A stretch of DNA of 64,000 nt, taken from the NCBI RefSeq assembly GCF_964355755.1, contig NC_092671.1, positions 34,916,304 to 34,980,303 of the forward strand. Reading direction: 5' to 3'. The position numbers and the translations under genes were made by a program. Every line of letters starts with the position of its first letter. Position 1 is the stretch's first letter. This stretch comes from Antedon mediterranea (taxonomy: Eukaryota; Animalia; Echinodermata). The notes under the pieces were generated by a model, which saw nothing but the letters and a program-made list of their open reading frames with translations, ran no database searches and had not been told where the DNA came from. Positions 9,474 to 23,300 of the stretch are shown here, piece by piece.

Positions 9474-12400
9474 TGTAAATTAACTAAAGACAAATTATAT
9501 GTTTCAATTGACTCAGCTTCACTGTAAATGTTATTTCACTGAAAAAACAAACCGATATGATTGAACTGTTCTAACTTAGAGGGATTCTGTATAATACCAC
9601 CAATTCAATTCATCCTTTCAGAGTGTATATTTCAACTCGATACTATCAATGGTATCGGTTATAAAAGCCTAGTGTCATAAATATATCATTGAAATCAGGA
9701 AACAAGCATTATGTCGCCGTAGGTATTCAAGTGGTTATTTTCAGATTTAATGTTTTTTACTAACTATATACAACGCATACTTTTTAGCAGTATGGAAGTT
9801 CAGATGGAAAAGATACCGCATAGATATTGTATTAATTTTTTCTAATAATATCAAGAGAATTTGAATGTATAGTCACATTTTAATTTAACTGGAGTCGAGA
9901 TTGATAACCGGAATGAATTGTCTTATGAAGTAGTCAATTTACGAAGTTTAACAAAAGATTGGAACAGTGAAGTGAAGGTATACCATTTGTTGACATAGAT
10001 GCATAATTGACACATAACAAGTCCTATTTAGTAGGCCTACACCCTTCAAATCCAAGTTAATTAGTATGCATTTCATCAGGGGATGGGAACCTCTTACCCA
10101 CTGCAGTTCTCCAGCAATATCCATCTTTGTCATTCCAAAACCTACGATAGAGGGTACTGTACTGTAAGTTTTTAGAAAAATAGTAGATCGTTATAAATGA
10201 TTGAGGAGGAAGAACATTGTATTGTGGTTGTATTATTTTTCCGATTTGGTACAGTATCTGTATCAACAAACATAATTTAGACTGTTTTACTGATTCATAT
10301 TCACCATCTTTCTTTGGAAATGATGAAACTAAAAATATACCAACATATGTTGCATTAATAACATCATCACAAATATAGATACTGTACACTACTACTACGG
10401 CTGTGTGTGTATATTTTACGTCGATCATCATTGGCTGCAAGTTATATGTATATACAGTTCCGCCAATCAAAACCTTATTCGTATTGATTGTTGCGATTCG
10501 TCAATTTTAACCAATAGAATTTCATGACGTTGACAATTGTTTCATCTTTCAACAACAAGTCGCCACCGCGCCAGCGCGCACACTATAATACACATTACAT
10601 GCGCATCGCAAACGTCACATTCTGTAATTTGTGCGCGTAGTAAAGTAACTAGGCAGATTTAAATCTCTATAGTTACATATCAAAACAATTCCCGAGCCTA
10701 GTTTCGTTATAAATCATAATTCCAAATAATTCATTGAAAAAACCCTTATAAAAATACCTTTAATATTTCAATCATTCCTAAATAAGTAATTCAATAAAAT
10801 GAACAATTTTATATTAAAAAAAAGGTTATAAAATCGGATATTTAAACAAAATATATTACTATGCATAACCATGATAGAGTAGGGTAGGATTTAGTATGTC
10901 TATCTTTAATTTACTTATTTTTGTTCTAGAAAATTAAAAAATATTAATAATTAGAATTCTTCCAGGCCTATCCATATTATGACTTCACATGGATGTGCAT
11001 TGCCTTACTGTTCGATTTGAAATATCATCTTATTCTTACCTTTGTTATTTATTCGTGGAAATTTAGGCAGTCGTATTGTTGCACCACAAAATAAGAGAGG
11101 CATAATACGTTATTTTAAATAAATATAGTAAATACAATACTAATAATGTTTGATAAATTCAATCGAAATATTTTGGAAAGGAAAACTAAGTAAGGAGATG
11201 ATGTCTCTTCACCGTGTTGTCGGAGCTAGCGCTTGTTGTATACTGATGTTTATTGGTTATGTACACAAACTTTATTCAGCGCAACAATTGTGACGTCATA
11301 CGTGTCATTAGGACAATCAAATATGAATTATATATTTTGCGTCATTCACTCACAGGTCCTCTTTCTATAAGTTTTTTTTACTAAGAACATTTTAAAACTA
11401 ATTAAATTGATTGCGATTTATTTCCCAATCATTATAATTATATTTGTATAATCCCCGAATAGGCCTATATAGTGTAACAAAAAAGAAATTTTAAAAAAAA
11501 CTTACATAAAACTGTAAAAATCACAATATAAACAATATTTACAGTGTTTTAAACAAAGACATTGACTTGATTAAATAACGGCCAATTTTGTAATTAAAAC
11601 GATAATATAAATTACTATAAATTGTTTTATGATTGTGATTTATTTGCGCGATTTAATTGATAATGAATTTCCTAAACATTTAATTTTGTGATTTCGCTGT
11701 TTTACGCTTTTCATTAGTAATTGCATTAATATTACATCTATACAGTAGCGGACAATCGCTGTAAAATGAACTACCAGCTACAATTATATAGAAATTGTAA
11801 TAAAATAAGGACGTCAAAAATTAATTCCGATATTAAAATGCTATCAAAAGGAATAAATATAGATTACATTTATAATATGACCTTTCATAAGTTACAAATT
11901 AGTTTTTATTATGCAAAATAAGTTTGTTTCGGGTTTAACCAAATGATTTCGTCTGCTTTGATTTGTCATCTTAACAATAACTTCTGTGATTAGAAAAATC
12001 AGTGCAATTTATTTATATTTATTTTCTACTTATGTAATTGGCACATCTGTAGACCTATGATTTATATTGTTCTTATGTTATTTGCACACCTACATACTAA
12101 ATACATCAAATATTGAAACACAATAACTTTGTTTCCTGGTCACTAGCTGCTTTCAAATTGTAATTGCTTTCCGTCTTGTCAAGTTGTTTAAAATTATTAA
12201 AATCTTGTAGTATACCTTATGAATCTGTGTATATCCGTTTAGTTTTAAAGTCGTCAAATCACCATCCTTTTATTTAATACGTTCATTGCGTTTTCAAGAA
12301 GTTTGCGTTTATCCTCCAACTTAAACGTCACTGAATTATTTCTGGTAATTTCCTTTTACATTTGACCTAGTGACGTTGAATATTGAAGTCTTTTAAATAT

Positions 12401-12818
12401 TTACTGCATAGACTTTTAAGTCAAGGACCACCACTGTGTAGTATCGAAGTTCATCCCCGATTTGATACGGTTGAATCGACTTTCACAAAAAAAATAAAAT
12501 CAAAATTGATTTTTTTCTCAATGTATATTTATTTATATAAGAGTACACGTTTTATTATAAGGAAGACCGGTTTTCTAAAGATTATTATTATTATGCATAG
12601 GCTTATCATTCTGTATTATAATTATTATCTGTATTATTAAAATATTGAACTTGCAGTAATAAAATCTAATATATCTAGTGGTAAATCGTACATTTTGTTA
12701 TATGTCAACATGATTGGAGAAGGCTTTTCTGACAATTAATAGAGACTAATCCTCGTAATTATGTAATACGCGTTTCATTCATTACTCCAGCAGTAGATCT
12801 TCAAAGCCATTCGGACCA

Positions 12819-14480
12819 CTATTTTGGTTGAGGAGCCCATGACCACAATCTAATCTGTCTAGTTTGTCTAGCTCGGCTGATCGTCATCTCGGCATTCTGT
12901 TTACCGTCTTCTTGCACCTTCAACAGATTTGCTGCAGCATCAACTAAAATACAAACAATAATATGTGTATGATGATATAAATACAATTCAAAATAACACT
13001 TAATGTAAATGTTTTAGAAATTACAGTGACATCGCTAAGAAGAATGTAAAGAATATTGTAAAGCTCTGTTTACACTATCAAATCATCAAAAAGTGTGAAG
13101 TTTCCAAATATGGTAGTGATATGCTTAATATGGGCACATCACATTTTTCACATAAAGTTTGATAGTATAGAGAGAGCTTAAATGATTTTGAATGTTTGCT
13201 TGAATAATTTAATTTGAAACTATTCCATGTGTGTGATTTTATTCATTTAGAGACGAATCCAAGTAATTACCGTTTTCGTTGCTGTTTCCTCCAGAGTTGA
13301 GTTGAGCCGGACCTGCATCTTCATTAGATGTTGTCTCATCATCCCCTATCAGTATTGTAAATATTGATTAGTTTCACACACAATATTGCTATGCTAACAG
13401 GGCATTATTGTAGTGAATTTCTTTCAAAATTGGTCTTGAGCTCTGTCTACACTATCAAACTTTATGTGACAAGAAAATGCGATGTGCCCATATATGGACA
13501 TGATGATGTCATATCACTACCATATTTAAGTATATCATCACCATATTTGGGCACATCACACTTTTTTGTCAAACTAGTTTGATAGTGTAGATAGAGCTTT
13601 AATTATTATAGTTAATTGATGATTTGTACTTTTAGGATTACATCTTTTTTTCTTTGGTTGCTTAATTTAAAGGTTGAAAAAAGAATGATTTTTATAACTG
13701 ATGTTAAAAATAACTATAACTATAATAATTCTTCTATAAATTGTATATTATATTTTTAAATTTAAATGTTGATAATAAATAGTATTTGTTTGTATAAACT
13801 TTTTAAAATTTTTATAATTGTAATATTTTTCTAATGTTTATTATGCAGTTTTTTTCTGTACTCCAAAGATGTAGACAAGTAAAAGTATAGGCTTATTTGA
13901 ATTTCTATATAATATAAATAAATAATTGCGAAACTTTAATATGAAAAATAATCATAATAATTTAGTATATTTTTATAATCTCCTTTTTTCGTTTTTTTTT
14001 ATATGCTCCCGTTCATATGTAATTAAGATTGTTTGCTTGCTTTCTTTTATTGTGTTCTTCTCTGTTTTATGTTTGTAAATCACAGGTTTGCCCGCTGGGA
14101 TTGTTGTGATTTTGTTTTATACCGAATAAATAAAAAATAAAAATAAAAAAAATTTTAAGGTTTTTATAACCCAATTTGAAGTGTATTATAATCTGTTAAA
14201 TGTGTAACAACGAACTGCAGTGCCATAAATAGGATTACCACTACACTATTACACTAGGGAATTTGTTATTAATTTTTCCCAGTTTTCTATCTCATGACAA
14301 AACAAATTGTTTCATAATGGTGTATCAACAATAATTAAAATTCAATTGATATTGTAAATACATTGCATTAAAGTATTACAAAAATGATTAGTACTATACA
14401 AAATTAATCTTACTTCCAGGTCTTGCTGCCGTTAACGCAATCAGGACAAGAAACATTGATAAAAAGAAAAACTTATTCAT
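12819..14480 (-). CDS. Small secreted prepropeptide, copy A1 (3 coding exons, 88 aa)
   Basis: Manually spliced exons 14480-14414, 13345-13271, 12943-12819, all GT-AG and phase 1: MNKFFFLSMFLVLIALTAARPGRDDETTSNEDAGPAQLNSGGNSNENVDAAANLLKVQEDGKQNAEMTISRARQTRQIRLWSWAPQPK*. Confidence 0.72.
13439..13598. mobile_element. Short MITE family (other copies ~13062-13178, 17881-17990, 43297-43457, 46275-46442, 58933-59095, 61464-61631)
   Basis: TIR AGCTCTGTCTACACTATCAAAC / GTTTGATAGTGTAGA(C/T)AGAGCT with internal CATATTTGGGCACATCAC repeats. Confidence 0.75.
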
Positions 14481-15468
14481 CTTCCACCCTTAAAAATTTA
14501 AAATAGAAAATAATTTAAAAAATTATAAATAGAAAGTAACACAAATTGCACTCTTCGTTAATTAGTGTTTTTTCTTTATAAATTAAAATACAATTAAACA
14601 CAGTAATAATTAGTAAATAATCGTGAGAACTAAAAAAAAAAATTAAAAAAAAAATAATTTAAAAATACGTTATTCAATAAGGGCAAACTTCCTTTTACTA
14701 TTATATTTAGAAAACTGTTTTTCAAATTAACTGTTGGTTGCAATTATAGAAATGAAAGAACAAACACCTTCGGGGGCCAAAAAGTGTCCCCTTAATGTCA
14801 ACTAACCAGAAATCGATTGTCCTCCTAAAATAGGGGTTTGCGCAGAAAAAAAAATTGACAATTACAAATACAATAATTGACCTGGACTCAAGAAATTGAG
14901 AAGAAATAAAAATTTAGCAGCCAACGTTTCACCAATGAAAACTATGTCGTCCCATAGGACAATCAACAATTTGCTGTAGTGTAAAAATATATATTGCCTC
15001 TCGTATTACAATCAGAATGTTCAGATAGCAATTGCATTTTATAACACTTTTGTTAACATTTTATTATTGCATATTTGTCTATGTATTTTTCTAAATGTGT
15101 TAATGTTGGTTTTATTGTATCTTCCTAGTTGACAGGGGCTGGTCAAGCACATCACAAGATGACAGTTTTATTACTTTTGCTTTTCCGCTACTCCCCTGTT
15201 ATACTTTATATTTTGTGTTATGTAGAAAGATTGAAAATAAAATAAATAAATAAATAAGGTGTCCCTTAATAGGGGTGTTCCAAAGAAGGAAAATGAAACT
15301 TTTTAAAACGAAGGTCAGACAATAAAAATGTCGTTATTAAAAGAAATAATAAATTAAATCTAAAATTAATTTCAATTAAAAAATTAAAAAAACATTACCT
15401 AATTACAACAATAGAAAACACAACCAAACGACTAACTTTAGCCTATAATCATTTTATCTTAATAATAA

Positions 15469-15651
15469 CGTGAGATGAAATAACATAATCTATCGGAAAT
15501 TTTGATTAAAGGATAAAAGTACAACAGTCAGAAAGACCAAGCTGTCGAAAAACACTCTAAAAACGTGAGATGAAATAACATAATCTATCGGAAATTTTGA
15601 TTAAAGGATAAAAGTAAAACAGTCAGAAAGACCAAGCTGTCGAAAAACACT
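15469..15651. repeat. Direct duplication of ~90 bp
   Basis: CGTGAGATGAAAT...GCTGTCGAAAAACACT occurs twice in tandem and once in the other modules. Confidence 0.85.
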
Positions 15652-16554
15652 ATCATATAAATATATAATATAAATGTTACCTTGATTATTGAAGAATATC
15701 TGCTTTGAAATAATACTTGCTTTCCGCCTTGTTAAGTTGCTTAGAATTGATAGTATCTTGTAGTATATCTTGTGGATCCCTGACTGATGTTTTCAGGGAA
15801 AGTTGCTTTTATAGACTTTAGCCCGTTGTTGTTTTAGCCATTATTTGCACCCTATCACCCAATACCTGCTTTCCGTCTTGTCAAGTTGTTTATAATAAAT
15901 AATACCATGTCAATATGTGTACTTTATATCAGCTTAGTTTTAAAATCGTTGGGTGGTTGATGTTTTCTTGGAAAGTTACTTTTATACACGTCATCAACTC
16001 GCTGTTGTTTTTATCAGATTTAATATTTATAAGAAGCGAAGTCGACGACCTCACTTAATGCTTGCTTTCTGTCGTATATATATACAGTTGTTTTATAATA
16101 ATGTAATAATAATAATGACGATGTATTCGCTGAAAGTTGCTTTTATACACGGATGCCTAAAATGTTGTTTTTACCGTTATTTGTTGAGATTGAATACTTG
16201 TAGTTTATAAAGTCGACGACCTTACCACCGACACTCTGTGCCTAGTCCAATACAAATTTCCAACATTTTTCCAGTTGCAGACTTCATCAAATTACAAACT
16301 AAAGTTTGCTAGTGTAGACCTACACTTCTGCAAACTTGTTTTCTGCGTAGCTCACTATTTCGGTCGGTTGGTCGGTCGGTAAACACTAACTCAAAATTAA
16401 ACGTATCTAAAAAAAATATGCACAGGTCTACATGTTTTTCTAATTTTTTTGTTGTCGATTTGTTTTTCATTTATTGTCTGCCGACTGAGAATTAGCTTGC
16501 ACGTTCGCCAGATTTGATTCAACTCATTTAATTACTCATTTAATTTTCTCAAAA

Positions 16555-17366
16555 TAATTATCGTTTTCGTTAGAATTTGTGTTTCCTCCGGCGCCGAGTT
16601 GAGTGGGACCTGCATCTTCTTTAGAAGCTGTGCCGTCGCGCCCCTATAAATAGAAAAGTTGTTTATTTCAATCAAACAGCGATATTGACAATTGAATGGT
16701 TAATTATTTTGACTTCTGAAAGTATCGTTTAAATTTAGTTCGGAAATAATGAGAAAACGTATATAATTTTCTTCTTAATTTTCCTTCTTTTTCATTTTGG
16801 CAAACTACCAACGGTAGTATAAGCAAAATCATTTACTGTCCTCCTTAAAGGAGGAAGTCCGGTTCACAGACAAACATTATACACAAGATGCTTTACATAA
16901 ACAAGTCTTTGCGAGTTAGATAAATACATTTTCATGCATGTCCTTAACATTATCGCATTATTATTATTACGATCTGATTTGATTTATTTCGATATGGTAC
17001 CATACCGTACCATACATGAACAAAAATAAATAAAAGCAAAACAACGCAATTATTTTGTATGGTATCGTGGATAACCCCAAATGCGATTTACATCCTGAAG
17101 GGTCTCCTATATTAAAACACATTAGACAGTAGAATAATAATAACATAACGCCATCCAACAAAGTGTCTCCTTAACATAAGTGTCATATAGAAGCTAGTTG
17201 GAATATTACTCTCTATTAGTATAACAGTAAAGTTTCCTTATCATCTGGTCCCCCAAAGAGGTTCTGTTGTATTTATTCACACAATTATGAATCTTACTTT
17301 CTCGTCTTGCCGTCGTCACAGCTACAATAAGAACGAGGCATAAGAAAATGAATAACGTATGATGTC
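16555..17366 (-). pseudogene. Paralogous prepropeptide pseudogene B1
   Basis: Signal-like exon TLFIFLCLVLIVAVTTARRE with gtaag donor (~17298-17366) but no ATG. Second exon GRDGTASKEDAGPTQLGAGGNTNSNEN (~16562-16643) is homologous to A exon 2, out of phase by 1 nt, and its donor reads GAT instead of GGT. Confidence 0.65.
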
Positions 17367-18559
17367 CTATAAACTAGAAAAACAATAATATTGCTATCTT
17401 TAGATAGTATTTGAAGAAGCTTCCTCCTCGTATAGGCCTATGTACACGCAAGTATTTCCACCCAATCACAAGTAACAATTTAGATGACCTATCGTTTGTG
17501 ATTGGTAGATTTTCTGTACGTTACTTGATTTGTGTTTTCCATCACTCTCCAGGGGTATGACATTTTTATTTTTAACCTCCATTTATTTTTAACATCGGTT
17601 AGTTTCGTGATCATTATTAATGAATAATTAATATTTTCTATAATTAATTGAAGGCTTTCCTGTTTAAGGGTTTTGAAAGCGGCCTAGACACTAGACTAGA
17701 CATAACTAAATAGAACTAAGCCTATACCCACAGCTTTCGCTATACCTATTTTAATAACGCAAGACCAGTAGGGGGTTCCCTCTGCTGACCATCCCCTTAC
17801 CCCATGACCTATTATTATCAATGAACGTTCTGTTGGTGTATACTGCCGCATAATAAAATGTATTCGCAATATTGTTATTAAGTTCTGTCTACACATCAAA
17901 CTTGATGTGACAAAAAATGATATTTAGGCATGTCACTACCATTTGGGCACATCACACTTTTTTTTCCAAACTAGTTTGGTAAACAGAGCTTCAGTAAAAT
18001 ATTTTAAATTATCAAATTAAAGTTCTCAAAACTGATAAAGCTAATAATAGACGAACTTGTGTGTCATCAAACAAAATACAACCTCAGTTAATCATGGCTA
18101 GTAAGAATTGGTGTACAGCACACACGACGAGATCAATTGATTTACAATATTAATATATAATATAAATGGTTTCTTTTGTGTCAACCCATTCGACGAATAC
18201 CTCGTACGTATCTAATTTGTATCTTCAATCGTATCTTCATAAGTTGTGGCACGTTCCGCGCGTCATAAACATAATCGCTTACAATTTGATTAGACATGCA
18301 GTATTGGTTCCTTAGCAAGGAACACGTTCTCAAAAACTGGGTTGGCATTTATCAATATTTGCTTATATTTTTGCTTAAGCTATACTAAAACATTTAAGAA
18401 TGATAATAACTTAGCTTATTTATCAAACCGTCTTAGTAACAAAATTGTCTTTATTTAAATTTTTTTTTTTATTTTACGTTGCGCGTGCGTAATATTAAAC
18501 TCTAGAGGGCAGCAATTTATGTCTTAAGACGAAAAATCATTGTTTGAGCGTTCGCATTA

Positions 18560-18830
18560 GCTTTTTAGTCGCGTGGACGCGACTCTATAGTTCACTATGT
18601 CGATCGGTCGGTCGGTCTGTTGGTCGGTCTGTCTGTCGGTCCGGTATCACTATGCATTGTAGCACGAGACTTAATGGATGTTGGCCTTGTTTCTCTTAGC
18701 GGCGCTATAACAGTTTATCTCCACATTTTTAACAGCTCACTATGTCGGTCGGTTGGTCGGATGGTCGGTCGGTCGGTAAACACTAACTCAAATTTGAGCA
18801 CGCGACTGCAGCCATGTATATGGCCTTTTT
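18560..18830 (+). repeat. Dispersed repeat with short palindrome + (GGTC/GTCT)n, DINE-1/Helentron-associated-like (also ~7945-8050, 16345-16395, 26025-26130, 51750-51850)
   Basis: T-run, AGTCGCGTG..CGCGACT palindrome, CACTATGTCGGTCGGTCG microsatellite. Confidence 0.55.
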
Positions 18831-19403
18831 CACCCCAACAAGGTTACCATGCTTTTATTACATGAAATAGAGAAAGAGCACAAATTCGGAAATACTTACG
18901 AAAATCATTAGCTCTAAACTTAAATCAAATCAACATTTATTTATTTTCATCAATGACAGCGACCCTTTTGTTGCTAAGCAAGGTTGATAATTCCGACCCC
19001 TGGTGTCTTATTTATTATACAGCAAAATACAAAACATATTAATAAATCAGATATATAATAATATAAAAACAATTGGCAGATAAATTAAGAAAGAATTTAT
19101 TTAAGAAAACATGTTTAAATTACATTTCAATGCTTTGGAAAACATATACAGTATTTTACAATCTGTCGATTTATTCGATCTATTTATATTATTAGTAGCT
19201 TGAGAGTGAACACTCTTCCCTGGCGTGACTAAAGGCGTAGTAAAACCCCAGCCTTGTATGCAGCTATAAGTGACGTAGGTGACATTTATAGACGACAAAT
19301 CATCATTTTATGCAGTTGATAGTACAATCAGATAATACGGCTTGTTTCTTTTTTACTCTATTTACTTTTGTATGTGATCACTTGAATTATTTTAAATATA
19401 GTT

Positions 19404-19819
19404 TGTTTCACGAACTCCTCTTACGTATGTTTCCGAGCGGTTGAAAATACTTTAGGAACTCCCTTGTGACATAAAAGCATACACAAAAATCCACAAAGTT
19501 GTAAAATAACTCAAAAACAAAGCTTTAATTCCAATCAACTTCAACTTTCAACAATCCAGTAAGCACTTTTAAACAACAGCTTCACAATAACTTTTACAAT
19601 ATACGGTAATATCCAACCTCTAATATCCAACCTGTAATATCCAACAACCTTACATCCCTTTATATACAAGATGCTCCTATCCTTCTAGATCATTCTTTAT
19701 ACTTCTCATTATTACATGATTACAGTTTCTATTAATAGCACTTTTTAATTATACATGGTTTCTTAAATCAAAACACCTTATTCTAGAATGTTCGTATTAA
19801 GGAATGGTAATTTATTACA
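19404..19819 (-). mobile_element. Probable solo LTR
   Basis: TGT...ACA termini; - strand TATATAAA (~19660) and ATTAAA (~19525); absent from the paralogous flank at ~25535; TSD imperfect. Confidence 0.5.
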
Positions 19820-19975
19820 GTTTGTACCATATCTGTTTACTGTGCCATAGAATGACGGTGACCATATAAGCCTCTATAACCTACGTGAACTAGACATTTG
19901 AAGATGTAACTCAACATATTTATTTAGATTTTCCGTTTTGTCATCGTTTGACACCCTGTTAGGTCAGCTCTCATA

Positions 19976-20242
19976 TTAAATTTCATCATTTATAATATCT
20001 TCTGCGTTGAAATCATTTTGATTTGGCATTGAAGAATAATAAACAGCATTATCACAAGGTCCTCTATCTTCGTCTACGTTAGTTATCATTCTTATTCTCT
20101 TATTAACTACCGAGTCTAATTTGTTGTCATTATCCCGTGTTTCTGATTTTATAGATTTATTTCTGAACACGATTCGGTGTAATGTTTGGCGATTTAGAAT
20201 AACTATTAACAATACCACAGCGATAACAACGACGGCCCTTCC
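19976..20242 (-). pseudogene. Fragment (TM + tail) of an Arg-TM type receptor
   Basis: Reads GRAVVVIAVVLLIVILNRQ...NDEI*, homologous to R4. No ectodomain; LINE-derived sequence lies upstream. Confidence 0.85.
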
Positions 20243-20559
20243 CTTTCTAAACCATAAGTAATATTTGATTGAATAAATTATAAAGCATAAGTACAACGGG
20301 GTACAATATGGCGTAAACTAAACAGAATTCCAGATTTCTTTTTTATCCTATTTTTAATAAAGTATATATGGCTATTCCATGTGATGTGTTTATCTAAACA
20401 CCTAAAAACTGAATTTCATTGACTTCTTTAGGCCTAATAGTAACATTTTTGTAATAAATATTGTTATATTTATTAATAGTTTTATGTCGGTTACAAAAAA
20501 TAATATAATTAGTTTTCTCCAAATCTCCAAGTTAATTTATTAGCGTCACATCAGTGATA

Positions 20560-21870
20560 TTTTTTTTAAATGATGATTTACCAAAGACAAATCAATATTA
20601 CTGCCTGCGAAATTGTGATATATGTTAGTATCATCGGCAAATAAACGAAATTAAACAAAACTGGAAGAATTTGGTAAGTCATTAATATAAATTAGAAAAA
20701 GAGTGGGTCCAAGAACCGAGCCTTGCGGAACACCGCATTGAATAGGTAACTGATCGGAGCTTTGACCGTTCAAAAAAACAAATTGGGATCTATTTTTTAA
20801 ATAATCTGTAAACAAAAGTAACGGTTGCCCTCTAATGCCATAATAATATAATTTGGATAAAAAAAATTGGTGATTAATTGTATCGAAGGCCTATAGAGAA
20901 ATCAATAAATATACTTAGTGAAGACTTATTATTATCAAATTGGTAAAGAAAATTATTAATTAGATTAATTAAGGATAATTTTGTACTATATTTTTTACGA
21001 AAACCGTACTGGTGTTTAAAGAACAAATTATATTTTTCAAAGAAGATAATAAGTCTGTTATTGATTATTCTTCAAACATTTTACTAAATAAAGGCGAGAT
21101 GGAGATTGGACGATAATTACCGGGTTTATCTGTACTACCTTTCTTAAATAAAGGTATTACTTTTGCTACTTTCAAAGCAGTGGGGAAACGACTATGTGTA
21201 AATGATAAATTAATAATGTAGGATAGCGGCATTGCAATAACGTTTGCAGCTATAACAATCAATTTAGCCGGTAAATCATCATATCCAGCTGATTTTCGTC
21301 ATAACATGTAGGGTTTAAATAAAAAGATTTTCTGAAGCATTTGTCAAAAAAATCAGAATAGATGGATGTGTAGATGCAATTTTCTCTGCAAGGTTGGGAC
21401 CGATGTTGGTGAAATACTGATTAAAGGTATTTACAATTTGTTCGGGAGTATCATGAACTATTTCATTTCCATTATCGTGTTTAATTATTCATTTTTCAGG
21501 TAGGTTATGATTAGATTTGTTTTTCCCAAGAAGATTATTGATAGTTTGCCATGTTTTCGAGGAATTATTCTGGTTGTGTAAAAGTAAAGTAGTATAATTT
21601 CTTTTAGCTAGTCTAAGTACTTTTGTTAACGTATTTATATACTTCTTATATATGGTTACTTTACTAATTTCGTGTCCTGATTTAATCACCTTTGAATACA
21701 ATTTATGGTTTTTATTAATTGATTTTTTAATTGATTTGGTAATCCATGGTTTATTTTTTGTTTTTGTTTTTGTAGATTTCTCTACATGAATATTACAATA
21801 ATCACTAAATAGTGTATTGAATAACTCGTATGCTTCGTCAACCTCATTATAAGAGTAAATTGCATCTCAC
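20560..21870 (-). mobile_element. Decayed CR1/L2-group LINE ORF2 fragment
   Basis: Broken frames: KTWQTINNLL, LKVAKVIPLFKKG..PGNYRPIS, and [28 protein letters not shown] near 20630-20740. Confidence 0.85.
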
Positions 21871-21874
21871 GAAA

Positions 21875-23300
21875 TAATGTTAATGTTGTTAATGTCATCC
21901 TACGACGACTTAATTCATAGTGGGTGCCATGATAATTTGTCTCCACACATCTCTATCAAGCATGCTCTGCCTCAGTTCACTCAGGTCTAGTTTGGTTTCT
22001 TTTAACAGTATGTCGAGCCAAGTCAGTTGAGGTCTTCCCACTTTCCTTTTCTCTTCTGGTTCCCAAAGGAGAACTCTTGAGGCTGGCTCAGAGCTTCTCA
22101 TAACATGACCGGCCAGACCCATGTGACGTCTTTGAATGATGGTCGTAAGACGGGGAAGGTTGCCATATAGTGTCTTGTTGGTGGCGTGTGAGGACCATGG
22201 GATATTTTGGACTTTCCTCAGCATGCGGGTGTATGCTCCATCCAATGATTTTGAGAGCGATGAAGTAAGACTCCATGTCTCACAGCCGTAAAGAAGAATG
22301 GCTTCAACTGTTGACTTAAAGAGGCGGATTTTAGTGGACTTGTTGTTGATACGAGATACCCATATTTTTGAAAGACTGTTCAGCGCACCCCATGCTTGAC
22401 CAAGTCTTGCTTCGACATCATTGTTAGTGGATGAACAGTAGCTTCCGAGGTACTTGAAATCCTCTACATGTTCTATTGCTGATCCATCCAGTGTGAGAAT
22501 TATAGAAGGTGATGAGGGGTTTAAATGTATGAATTGGGTCTTCTTGATGTTTAAGTATAAACCTATAGCTTGTGTGGCTTGTTGAATTCTGTGCAGTAGA
22601 TTTTCGGCTGCCTGTATGGAATCTTCAAGAATGGAGATGTCATCGGCAAAGTCCAGGTCTGGTAGTACTTCAGCAGGATGTCTTCTACTACGCTTACGGT
22701 GGAGGGTAAGACCATCTGATGATGTAGTTGCTGATCGCATTGCATAGTCAAGGCAGACAATAAACAAGAATGGAGCAAGAGAGTCTCCTTGAAGTACGTC
22801 AGAGTCAATGTTGAAGCAATCAGTCTCACCATCTGGAGTCAGGACAACTGCTGATGTATTGATATACATTACTCTGATGGCTTCTACAATTTTATGAGGG
22901 ATGCCGTATGCTAGGATGATCTTCATCATGATGTTGCGATTGATGGAATCGAAGGCTTTGCGAAAGTCAATAAAGATAATGACTGCCTCTTTGTGATGAT
23001 TCTTAACCTCTTCAAAAAATTCTCCTCATTGCAAGAATGTGCGTAGTTGTTGATCGTGTCTGACGAAAGCCGTTCTGGTTGGGGCGTAAAACTTCATTAA
23101 TCACAGGACGTATCCTATTTAAAATCAGGCGATTGTAGATTTTTGCAGCCGATTGTGATAATGAAATACCCCTGTAGTTATCTGGTTTTGAAAGATCACC
23201 TTTTTTCAGGATAGGAACGATCCCAGAAATTCCCAATTCTGATGGCCTGTTTCCTTCTAGAGTTTGATTGCAGAAAGAAGTGAGAGCTTTCTGGGTGCCT
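21875..23300 (-). mobile_element. 5'-truncated RTE-clade non-LTR retrotransposon
   Basis: NYRGISL, QNGFR, LQGDSLAPFLF, DLDFADD, FKYLGS, LLYGCETW, GHVMR; short-repeat 3' tail near 21875-21895. Confidence 0.9.

Noticed and set aside
10057-10470. 137/145-aa ORFs (also 55322-55759) as a conserved protein
   Set aside because: Ends and frames differ between copies, there is no recognisable domain, and similarity is explained by segmental duplication.
13364-13582. 72-aa ORF repeated at 43223
   Set aside because: It runs through a MITE inside an intron of the opposite-strand peptide gene and is disrupted in the third copy.
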